Of a stretch of 20,396 bases of DNA, positions 10,138 through 20,396 are shown in pieces (the stretch's first letter is position 1; each line of letters begins with the position of its first letter). Position numbers and translations under genes: made by a program. Where the stretch lies: positions 1-20,396 of the forward strand of contig JAAOMT010000329.1 in assembly GCA_016748015.1 (NCBI GenBank), in the 5' to 3' direction. This stretch comes from Geosiphon pyriformis uo1. Lineage: Eukaryota; Fungi; Glomeromycota. Under the pieces are notes generated by a model. The model had not been told where the DNA came from. It saw nothing but the letters and a program-made list of their open reading frames with translations, and did not search any database.

Positions 10138-11791
10138 ATGATTATTTACTTAAATTTACTCGATCATTTAATCACCAACATTTAGACTGGTACCACTTGA
10201 TTGCCTCTTCAAGTGATTGTTTGATTGTTGGAAAAAAAGCTGTGAAACACAACATTTCACGCCTTGTAATACATTTGACCCAAGTAACTTGAATTTAATT
10301 ACCTAAAACATAATTCTAATTTCGGGCAAATTTTTTTTTGAAAGAGTCACTTGCCAAATATTTCAAGTAACTTTCCTAAATAAGACTTGAGATCCATGAT
10401 AAATTTCCCCTTCATAGAAAAACTGCTCCACGTCAAAATTTCGTGCGATATTTTGGTCTTGGACGAACTGGCCGTTTCCTCTGTATTTAATGTTTAGTTG
10501 TGTTTGAGAACAGTTTCTGTTTTGAACTTTCGTCAGTATTGGCGTAATAATTATTAGGTTTTTCAAAAATCCAAGTGATTTTAAATGTTCACAAATTCTG
10601 CGATATGAAATGTCTAACCCTCTGTATCTAATTTAGTAGGATAGAAACACAGAAAATTTTTTATGAAAATATTGACCTACTTTTCTTAATACATGTGCAG
10701 CAACAATCATTGACAACTTTTTGACATTTTATCGTGTAGTACAGTTGAAACAGGTAGGCTAGGGAGTTTACTTAATTTAGAGATAGAACATTCACCCTCA
10801 CTCCAGATTGGATTAACATTCCTTAACCAAAATAGAATCATTTCTAATGTAAACTATGCATGATGCTATAACTTAATTCCCCACTTTATATATAGTGGGA
10901 ATGAAATACATCACATGGATTGGGGGTACAAAATTAAAAAATTTCATGTGGTGACTTTTACCTAATTTTTTGTCATACACTGTATAAACCTTAACTTTTT
11001 TTGTACTATCGACTATTACTCTCAGGTTCTATATTTAAAAAAGAAAAATTATCCACAACAATTTTTCATTGAAAACATTTCCCATTTTCTGCAAAGGTTA
11101 GCATGATTAGACCCTTTTGATTTTGGCTTTTTTATCCATTAATTCATTGTCAATAAAGTACCGAGCGATATTATAGATGCTTAGCTTAGTATACAATGGT
11201 TTACATGCAACTTTCCATTCTTTTTAATATTTTAAAAATTAGAGCATATACGACATTAATGATAAAAATTTATAAATTCTCTTAATTTAAAATATTTTTC
11301 ATTCAGAGTTTTCTGTGAAATGTTTTAAATATAAATTGAGTTTTCATTATTTAGATATTTACAGTTCAAATCCTAACAAAAATCATCCCTGCTTTCTAAA
11401 ATGAATCTCAGTTATAAAATATTAGACTACTGCAATTTTTATAAATTAAAATAATCCGAGTAATTATTTTTATTAATAGTTAATTTCAAAATATAAATTA
11501 ATTTATATTTATTAACTTAATTTATTTACTTATAATCTCAAAAACTTAATTTTATATTCTTAGAAAACAAAAAATTATGATAAAAACCATTCAAATAATG
11601 AAAAAATTATAATTCTAAAATAATATATATATGTAATTAAGTTAATCAAATATATTTAATTATGTGTTAAATTATTTTTTTAAATAATAATAGATAAATA
11701 AATAATTTTTTAACAAAAGTACAATTATAAAAATAACTTTTTTAATTCATATTTGTTGGAAAAAGGTATTTTGATAAACAAATAGTACAAC

Positions 11792-11806
11792 TATTATTAT
11801 TATTAC

Positions 11807-11863
<57 letters not shown>

Positions 11864-11913
11864 CATTATTATTACTGTTACTACTACTATTACTATTACT
11901 ATTACTATTACTA
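11792..11913. repeat. Long (TAT)n/(TAC)n/(TACTAT)n microsatellite
   Basis: Directly visible. It explains the poly-Asn and poly-Ile ORFs in the track. Confidence 0.97.
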
Positions 11914-12691
11914 TTTTTATTAATAATATATTTGATAATAATTTCAAAATATTCAAAGTTCATCTTTTTTTTATAAAAACTTAAATCAACAAATCGAAAA
12001 ATAGACAAACTAAATAAAAAGAAAATTTTGTTGTAATCACGCATTATTAATTCTTCAGATTTGTATAAAATTATATTCAAATTTTGAAAAACCATATTTT
12101 TTAAAAATTGATTTTTTAAAATTTTCTAATTAATAAAAACAAATTCACTTTTCTTATAAAATAAAGTTCTAAAACTGTTTTTAAAAATTAAAATTCGAGC
12201 CATAAAAATAAATGAATCAATTTAAGTCAAAATTAATTTTTACAACTACGAGTAATTTAATCTTTGATTAATCAAATTTCTTTTATCATTTCATAGAGGA
12301 GTATAAATTTACATTTTAAAGATTTAAGAAAGTGATCGAAAATTATTTCCACCGATTCATTTTATTGGTACTGGTTCATTAAATAAACGAAAATGATAAT
12401 TTAAATGACAATTTAAAAAGCATGAAATAATTAATAGCAGTGAAACCTGTTCAACAAAAATTTCTTCTTTTAAAACGATATTCATTTATTTAGGATCATT
12501 TGACACAAGATTTTTAACTAAAGTGACCTCAAAGAAGCAGGAAAATCATCTTTATTTGGTTTCTCTACATGAATATTCTCTTTTTTTTGAACTACACTGC
12601 TAAAGGCATCCTAAATTTCATAATATAAATGAAAGAAATATAGCTTTAGAGTTAATAAATACGATCTCAACAATTGTGAATTCAAGAATTT

Positions 12692-13283
12692 CTAGTTTAC
12701 CCTGAGAATATTCTTCGTTTCTTGTACCGGCTGTATCTTATTTGGGTTAAGATCAAGTGGACGGGGATCGGAAAGTTCGGGGATGGCAACTGCGACGTCT
12801 TCATCGATCATTGCGGCTAGAAGGTATTTTGTTGAAAATTATGGTTTTGGAAGAGGAAAACTTGGTTGCAAGGAGAAAAAACGACTCCATTTTCTTTGAG
12901 TAAATTGATTTAAAATGAAAAGAGAATAATTACCGGAGCGAGATCCCAAATTGAATGCAGAAACACCTACATTGTTGGGTTTAGATTCCTCGTCTATAAA
13001 AAAATTGAAATTCATAAAATTTTTCATGAATAATTAATCAAAAGCAAACCGATCACATTTTCCCCTCTCAACCCAAATCTATAATGAAATATCGATAATC
13101 AATCTCACTTGTTTTGTTATCGGGCGTAACGCCAACGCCCATTCGCTCCATTGCTTTAATATCAGGGTTATCTTCTGGTAAAGGATTGGCTTCTTTATAT
13201 CCAGCGCTACCTTTTACCGGAAAGGTTTTGTCACTGCCGGAAGGATTTGGAAATTTTTCATGGTCGACTTGTGGTCCAGACAT
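12692..13283 (-). CDS. Hypothetical 119-aa hydrophilic protein, 3 exons (13283-13109, 12993-12934, 12816-12692)
   Basis: Introns GTGAGA...TATAG and GTAATT...TCTAG join in frame (175+60+125 = 360 nt): MSGPQVDHEKFPNPSGSDKTFPVKGSAGYKEANPLPEDNPDIKAMERMGVGVTPDNKTNEESKPNNVGVSAFNLGSRSAAMIDEDVAVAIPELSDPRPLDLNPNKIQPVQETKNILRVN*. Exons are GC-richer than introns. Confidence 0.8.
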
Positions 13284-14315
13284 TTTTTGATTAAGTAATT
13301 CTTTTAAGGCGGTAAGTGTCCAATATATAATCTAATTTTCAAGAGAAAAAGAGTAATGAGTGAATGTATATATGTATTGGGGGTTTTGTGACTTGCGAGT
13401 TGCATAAATTATAGTTTACCAAAATTACGTAGTGACAGTGTCATAAAAGGGTCATTGTCGATCATTAGTAAATGATGGATTTAAATCGTGATGTTCAATG
13501 ACGGCTTTTAAAACTATCAGATAATCTCAAATGTTCTTTTAACTAAAAGCATTTTAATTAATTTATAACAAAGGTTTAACCAGTAATCCGAAAAAGATTT
13601 AAAATTTCTTGGGAATCTAATATCTTTTTATTTTTAGTTTGATTCGATAAGCTAGAGGAAAATTTCTCAAGTTTGATTTCGGCCATCGGTTTTTCAAACA
13701 TTGATTATTCATTCAAGAAACCTAATTTTTAGGGCTTGTTTCATAACATAAATGGTGTTTTATATCTTTAAAGTTTTTTACGCAAGTTAAAAATATAACG
13801 TCAAAATAAAAATTTTCAAGGAAATTAATTAATGATTTTAGAATTTGCTCACTTCATTTATTCCTTGACAGTGTCCATTCTTTGAACAATTTATCTTTGT
13901 GGACAAATTTGGGGACACAATATTTTTCAAGAAAATTTTTAGAAAAGAATGTTCCTACTTGAAAATTTAATAGTACACTTTATCAGGGCGAAACTTACAA
14001 ATTGATTAGGTGTTTTTTCACAGTTAGCCGATCAATATAACGTATCAAAATTTTAAGATTCACTAATTTTGATTTCGAACTAATATATTTAGAATTCAGT
14101 AAAACAATTATAAGATTTAAATCCCTAAAATTCCAACTTGAGAATTATACAATGAAAATACGTAGCTTGAATTCGGTGATATGAAAATTTTGTTCACATA
14201 TTTCAAATAAAGCTCGATAGAGTTGGATTTACTTAATCTTAGAAGCTTTGTCAACCCTTTAAAACAAGTAGGGAATGTGAGAATTTGCCTAAAATATACT
14301 TTGCCCCATTAAAAA

Positions 14316-15391
14316 TTACCTCAGATTAAAAATATAATTAACATCAAACGGTTTAACTTTTCTCAAACAAAGATGTTTTTTATAATTAGTAAGAGACTTT
14401 CTTGGACTGTTTGACAAGTAATGTGATGAAGTATGTGGTGCATCCTCAATTCTATTAGACAAAATGTCCTAAGGTTTAAAAAGCAATACATGAAACCATT
14501 AATTCAAGATCAATTTGATAATGGGAACAATAAAAAAATAACCGTCTAAAAAGATTCACCATATCCAATCTCGCATCAAGAAATTCTAAAAATTCTTCAG
14601 CACTTGTTGCCTGGACAAGTCCACTTAAGAATAGCTTAAGGGCTTTTCTTCTCTTCTCAATAAATTGGAGCTTGAAGCGGCCTAATTAACTCAAGATTGG
14701 AAAGAAAATTTTGAAATCCACACCACCTTGAGGTTTAAAATTGTATATATTCAATATTGAGAAGTAAAGCAACACTAACCAACATATTTTTTTTCAGGCA
14801 AAGTTGGTATCTGTCTTTTGGTGTTTTGCTGAAATTTTTGAAACGACTTTCTGATATCAGAGTATCGTCTGGTTACAAGTGTTCTATACATTTTATCAGT
14901 AAAAGGTGACCAAACCTAAATCGAAAGTTTTTTTTTATACTTAGCTTCAAACTTGTTCAAAATTATCAAAGTGTGATATTTTTAATACAAACATGTATCG
15001 TTATATCATACTCTGTATACTGATTTCGTCCCAAAATTCTACTAAGTTTGATTTTTGGGTTAGTTACAGAGACCTTTGCAAGTTCAAAGCAAAAAGAATA
15101 GTTCAATTGGAAAGTCAGCTATTAGAAAATATTAGTATATAATTAGAGTAAAATGTCATTTTTTGTTTTTTACCTTCGTGATAATGCATTTTATTCTCTG
15201 AAGTTTAGGAGATGATAAACTCAGGGTCGTTTTTCCATTAAAATTCGAAATCAGCGCTTTTTAAAAAACGGTGGACACTTTAAACCCATAGAAATATCCT
15301 AATCCTGTGCCCAAAAATACCACCATCTCACAATACCATTCCGTTCAGGGTCGAAAAATCTATCCAAATTTTTCAAAATTCCCAAAATCAT
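14316..15391 (-). CDS. PX (Phox homology) domain protein, sorting-nexin-like, multi-exon (core exons 15118-14993, 14915-14780, 14681-14560, 14468-14316; 5' exons and last exon uncertain)
   Basis: Spliced translation: ...KVSVTNPKIKLSRILGRNQYTEYDITIH|VWSPFTDKMYRTLVTRRYSDIRKSFQKFQQNTKRQIPTLPEKKYV|GRFKLQFIEKRRKALKLFLSGLVQATSAEEFLEFLDARLDM|DILSNR... It has the PX hallmarks YTxYxI, RRYSD, the PxLPxK loop and FIExRRxxLxxFL. GT-AG introns of 77, 98 and 91 nt keep frame. The ATG at 15391 is tentative. Confidence 0.85.
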
Positions 15392-15602
15392 GATTATAAT
15401 TATTTGTACTTGATGGATATAAAACTTTTTGAAGAAGTTTCTGCTGCGTCAATTATATTACTGTGACTAGAAAGGTGGAAGATGTAAAGTTGGGAAAAAC
15501 AAAAATTGGATTTATTCTATTATCGAATGACAGTTAAGTGTATTTATTTTTTACAATAGTGATTATATATGAATACATACACATTCGGAGTGTTTAGGAA
15601 AG

Positions 15603-15635
15603 TGACGTCATGCTGCGATATCATCAATGAGTCAT
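15603..15635. promoter_or_regulatory. Adjacent bZIP-type sites: CRE (TGACGTCA, 15603-15610) and Gcn4/AP-1 (ATGAGTCAT, 15627-15635)
   Basis: Perfect consensus matches about 210-245 bp upstream of the tentative PX start. A TATATA lies near 15564 and a further TGAGTCA at 15779-15785. Confidence 0.4.
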
Positions 15636-16407
15636 TTCAATAACGGGTTTGCCAGGTATTTTGTTTTACAAGAAACTTTTCAAAGAAGCAAAATGAAATT
15701 TTAAGTTTATGAAAAAATTTCTCACAAGCATTTTATAAAACTTTGTGTTTTGATTTAAAATTGCTTTTGAAAATTCTTTGAGTCATATGATTTTTACAAA
15801 AGCCATAGCAATTAATGATCAAGTTCAAGAGCTGATATATGAAATTTTTATTAGATTAATATAAAATTCCAAAATCTTCTAATGTCTGAATTTAAATTAA
15901 AAAAAAATGAAGTTTGTCATTAACTTACTGAGACGAAGAGATAAATTTAATAAATTTAATATACCAAAAGTATTCAAGACCCGATCACTGCTTTGAGTGA
16001 TTGCAGTAAATTGGTGATTTGGAAGAAATACATGAAAATCTTGGAAAGCCACAATTACATGGCGCAATTTTAGTGATTAAAAAATGATAATCCAAAAGCT
16101 CAATGAAAAATCACAATTTAAATTTTTTTTTTATTGATCGTTATAAAAATAAAAGTTTTAAACTAATATAATAGAATAATACATTACAACAAGCTTAGAA
16201 ATTCATACTATTAATCATTATCTGTTTACAAACTCAAAAAAAAAACTTGTATCGAAATTAAATGAACCCAAATCAATGAGGTTATATACAAAATCTTTTA
16301 CCAACTAAAAATTCTGAGAAATATTGTATCTATAAATTAAAAATATAGACAAAGTCGATAAAAACTTTCCCGGGTTATCAAAATTTTTCCGCTTAATAAA
16401 AATTTTC

Positions 16408-18038
16408 CTACCTCAAATTTATAACAAAACAACCAAACCCAATTTCCTCATTGAACTCGCATTTTACACCCGGTAAGGAGAGTTCCAAATGTTTGCAAAT
16501 TATTGTTGGGTGTTTCAAGCTAAGGTTCCAGATTATGGATGGATCTAACTCAATCTTGAGAATTTTAGTTATTCCTGTTGAGGTTTCGTCTGGAGTGGCC
16601 ATTTCGAAAATATTGATGAGAACCTCTTTTCGAAAATTTTTAATTCCACATTTTATTGCAGTTTCAATAGCTAATATAAAACTTGCCATTGAAATTGCAA
16701 TTTGTAAATGAGCGGCTATGAGTTGAGGATATTCGATTTCAGAGGGAATTTCGAAGAAAGCTAGTTCTTCTTTCAATTCTTCGAAAGTTACACTGTTACC
16801 CACCATGATTGAAGATGGTGACCAAGTTATTTTTCCTGTGAAAAAATACTCTTTAATATAATGAAAAGCGTGGGAGTTTCGATCAAAGAAACGGTTATTC
16901 ATCAAGGAACCACATTTGGTTTTGCTAAATTCTTTCCCTAGTAAAGTTTTGGGGTATTTAGCCAGAATTGATCGAGATATTGCATGCTGTATATTGTGAA
17001 GAGAGAGAGAAATAGAGTCTAAAGTATGAAAATAATAAAGAATATATGGAAAAATTGGAAATTACCTTTTCCCCACCAACATTGAATATTATTTGCTCTT
17101 CATCCTTCAAACTGTTGGATATGACTTCAAGACCCTGAGCTTTCTTTTGAATTTCTTGAGACTGTGTTTATCATATAATAGGGGGTTTTGAAAAATTTGA
17201 AAATGATAAAAATCTTTGAAAGAATTTAATTAATTAGCCAATTTTCAGGTTACATACCAATGGTTGAAGTCTTGCCAGCCGTTTAATCAGATTTGCATCA
17301 TAATCGGGAAAGAATAGAAAGATACATACTCCGATATCCTGACTAAATTCGCATGATGAGTATTCAAAGATACTTTCGAGATGTTCTCGAATTTTGCTTT
17401 GAAATCGAGTAGCCAAGTTATATAAAATATTTGAATCAATATCTACAATAAGCGGTTCAAATTGTCCACATATGTTCTTCTCGGGTCCTTTGAATTCGTA
17501 CAGTTGAAATTGGAGTAGATCCTTATATTGAGACATTCCCCTTATTATTTCTCTCTCTAGAACTCTGAAAAATTTTCCCAGAACTGTTCCTAGCTTAATA
17601 TGAGAATTTAATTTAGGGGAATCGATAAAGGGTATTTGAAAATATAACAGTTCTCGCTGAAGTTCTTTTAGGTCTATAACTTCGTTATCACATATTGCAT
17701 TTGGTGACCATAATATTTTTCCTGTTCGATAAAATTCCATAATATAATGAAAAGCTTTGCCATTCCTTTTGAAAAAAAATTCCGGGTTTTCGGCTCCAGT
17801 TAAGGTGTCGTTTTGAACATTTAGAAAGAATGAAACAAGACGTGTATCAGGGTAGGCAGTCAAAGTAGTATAATAAGTTTCATACTAGGAAACTTTAATA
17901 ATTTGAAAATAATCCTTTCATCTCTAAAAGAAGTGGTTTGCAGCAAAAAAAAAAAACATTTACCTTGACCCCACCAATATCTAGTATAACTGTCTGCCCA
18001 CAATCTAAAAACATAGAAATTGACTTTTTATCAGCCAT
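16408..18038 (-). CDS. Tandem double BTB/POZ (T1/KCTD-type) domain protein, about 458 aa; exons 18038-17964, 17884-17258, 17161-17066, 16986-16408 (possible extra exon 16329-16305)
   Basis: MADKKSISMFLDCGQTVILDIGGVK|YETYYTTLTAYPDTRL...FFFKRNGKAFHYIMEFYRTGKILW...RLARLQPL|SQEIQ...EQIIFNVGGEK|HAISRSILAKYPKTLLG...FFDRNSHAFHYIKEYFFTGKITW. KCTD BTB motifs (LNVGG, TL..YP.T.L, FFDR...F..I.EYYRTG, EL.YFQI) occur twice. GT-AG introns of 79, 96 and 79 nt are all phase 0. The second unit has no in-frame ATG of its own before its BTB start. Confidence 0.85.
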
Positions 18039-18312
18039 TTAACATTAACAATTGGTAGAATTATTTTTCGTTTCTATCTGAAGAAGCAGCGGAGTTAAAA
18101 AAGATATCAAGTAGCTTGGCATCCGATGCATGACAAGCCATTGTAATTAACTTTTTTGGCAATGAAGAAGGTGATCAATCATCAACATTAAAAATAATCC
18201 TGTTTCTCGATTCAGATTGACTTTGCATATTTCTCTTCTCATTATCATTTCCTGGGAAAACTAAAAAGAAGAGAAATTTAACAAAAGTTATACTTTTGAG
18301 CAAGTTACGAAA
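18039..18312. promoter_or_regulatory. Putative bidirectional promoter of the two tandem-BTB genes
   Basis: Only 274 bp separate two divergent ATGs, so both promoters and 5' UTRs must fit here or overlap. No specific motif identified. Confidence 0.55.
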
Positions 18313-19959
18313 ATGGAAAATCCTAAAAATCACGATAATCCTTTAAACTTGATTAAACCAGAAGAAATAATTGTGATAAATGTTGGTGGGATTAAAGTAA
18401 ATTTTATAATTTCCTTCATCTACCTTTGATGCTATGACACGAAATTTTTATTTTCTGCTAATCATCAAAATTTCTCAAGTATGAAACTTATCCTTCAACA
18501 CTCACCGCTTATCCTGAAACACTTCTTGGTGCCATGCTTTTAAAAGGAAAGGAAAATGGTCGAAAAGAAAATCAGCTTTTTTTTAAACGAAATGGTCGTG
18601 CTTTTTATTTTATCATGGAATATTATCGTACCACAAAGTTTTTATGGTCACCAGATCGGCTTGTAGAAAATCAAACAGTATCTCAATATGAACTAGAAAG
18701 TGAACTACACTATTTTCAAATGCCTATCAACATTGAAAAGAGTGAGTACGCAAGCTCAAAGGAAAAGTTTAAAAAATCAATTGAAACGACTATAATTGAA
18801 GCAATGAAAGAATGGAATCATATTATTCAAATTGGTATTTTTATGACCGAAAAAACCACGGTGAACTATGATGGTAAAGTTATTCATCATGATATCGAGG
18901 AAACACAAATTCCTATTTTTCTATTGGCTAGCCTTTTTAAAGATGAGATTTGTGGACATATTGAAGAGATTTTCGAGGGCTGCCAATGTAAACAAACCTT
19001 TGGCGAGGGCCAAACAACGTTTTTGATATTTTTGAAATATGATACAAAAATTATGCGGAAACTTGCTAGAATGATGCCATATGTGAGTAAAAAAATTTAA
19101 TTGTTGTTAAGTCAAAATTCTGGTGTTTACTTTTTGAAAATTTCTTCAATAATACAACATGAATTGACAACAGGAGATAAATGATTCTAACTTCATTTCT
19201 CAAGGTGATTCGAGTAACGAGAAGAAACTCATAATTTTGAATGTGGGTGGTTTCAAGGTAAACGAATCAAACACGATAATCAAGATTTTCAAAACATTCT
19301 GATTATTGTTGGTTTGTTTCCTTTAGCATGAATTGTACCCTTCAACTTTCAGTCGGTTTAATAATAGCTTTCTTGGGGTAATGTTTTCTGATCGTAATAG
19401 TAAACTTTTACACCCAAGGAATGGAAATGAATTTTTCATCGATAGAAATGGCCAAGCCTTTCATTTCATTCTCGAGTATTATTTCACTGGAAGAATTACG
19501 TGGTCCCCTTCTACAATTGTTGCAGGAAGTACCATCACGAAGCAAGAGCTTGATGAAGAACTAGACTATTTTCAAATATTGAATCCAGTAATTGATCATG
19601 CTGAACATCTCACTGCACATTTAGAGCTTGGTGCTGCCTTGAAGCGTTTAGTTTCGGCTATAGAGGGTGTTATTACTTCAGGAATGGAACAATCTCGTGA
19701 TTTAATTCAAATTGATATCTTTCGTGACACTCCCCCGGAAGCAAATATTACTGGAATCCCCGAAAATTTTTATATTCCACTCGAACAAAAACTTTTATGG
19801 GACCTCACCTTCCATCATGCTGCAGCAATCCAATCTCATCTTGAGATTGTGTTTGAGGGATCTCATTGTGAATACGATTGCAGCGCTGAAACTTGCTACT
19901 TTAGGATGCTCCTTGTATATGATCATGAATTGATTACTCGTTATGCAGCACTGACTTAA
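18313..19959 (+). CDS. Tandem double BTB/POZ (T1/KCTD-type) domain protein, about 467 aa; exons 18313-18396, 18480-19082, 19174-19257, 19327-19959
   Basis: MENPKNHDNPLNLIKPEEIIVINVGGIK|YETYPSTLTAYPETLLGAML...LFFKRNGRAFYFIMEYYRT...KLARMMPY|EINDSNFISQGDSSNEKKLIILNVGGFK|HELYPSTFSRFNNSFLGVMF...EFFIDRNGQAFHFILEYYFTGRITW. Introns of 83, 91 and 69 nt (GTAAAT..AAG, GTGAGT..CAG, GTAAAC..TAG) are all phase 0. Confidence 0.88.
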
Positions 19960-20396
19960 TTTACAGTTGCCACAATTATTTAACGAAAATCAAATTAAAA
20001 GAATTGTATTTGTAGATTTTTCCTTGTAATTTTGTTTCAATATCATTTTATAACTGTGATATTACAATTAAGTTTATTAAGGATTTTTTGTTCAAAGTGC
20101 TGATGATTACGACCAAATTTTTGTTCTGAAATCAAAGATTGAAAACTTAAAAAGCCTTTTATCAGACTTTTGATTGAATAAAAAGCATTTTTCTTAAGCC
20201 CTGATGAAACAATTACCCTACTCAATTCTGACCAAAATTTACCTTAACAAAAATTAAATCTAATTTAAAATGAAGAAACCTTCATTGATCAATAATTAAG
20301 GTACTCGAAATGACCAATTCTAGGTAATATATAAAAATGTTTGGCTGCTATAAAAATGTATGTATATCTTAAAAATTTGCATTATTAAAAAAATTT

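Noticed and set aside
10363-10566. 67-aa minus-strand ORF with moderately higher GC
   Set aside because: No ATG start, no convincing splice partners or motif. It could be a decayed exon but is unsupported.
11742-12095. Poly-Asn and poly-Ile ORFs on the minus strand
   Set aside because: They are open only because of the TAT/TAC microsatellite; flanks are extremely AT-rich with no coding signature.
16451-16711. Plus-strand ORF (also the alternative-frame ORF 19712-19933)
   Set aside because: Antisense or out-of-frame overlaps of the BTB coding exons.
16408-19959. Reading the locus as four independent BTB genes, or as voltage-gated K+ channels
   Set aside because: Distal units lack an in-frame ATG, and consensus splice sites fuse them to the proximal units. 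There are no transmembrane segments or GYG pore motif.

Overview
Very AT-rich, intron-containing eukaryotic DNA. It is most likely fungal; short GT-AG introns and the style of the KCTD-type BTB proteins suggest Glomeromycotina, which is inference only. The prokaryote-style ORF track misses or fragments most real genes. Splicing by hand gives four genes. (1-2) Two divergently transcribed paralogues (about 16408-18038 minus and 18313-19959 plus, ATGs 274 bp apart); each appears to splice two [T1/KCTD-type BTB + ~110-aa unknown domain] units into one ~460-aa tandem-BTB protein. (3) A multi-exon PX-domain (sorting-nexin-like) gene at about 14316-15391 minus, absent from the ORF track. (4) A 3-exon, 119-aa hydrophilic orphan gene at 12692-13283 minus. 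The left half is dominated by inverted duplications. A near-identical ~725-bp inverted repeat (about 29-754 / 3149-3894) brackets a decayed AT-rich interior with a possible hAT-transposase relic. An older inverted duplication (about 7035-8407 / 9300-10137) carries a decayed Asn/Gly-rich, KR-punctuated repeat-peptide gene in one arm and encloses a 100-aa Pro/Asn/Gln-rich orphan ORF. All alignments and identities were judged by eye.
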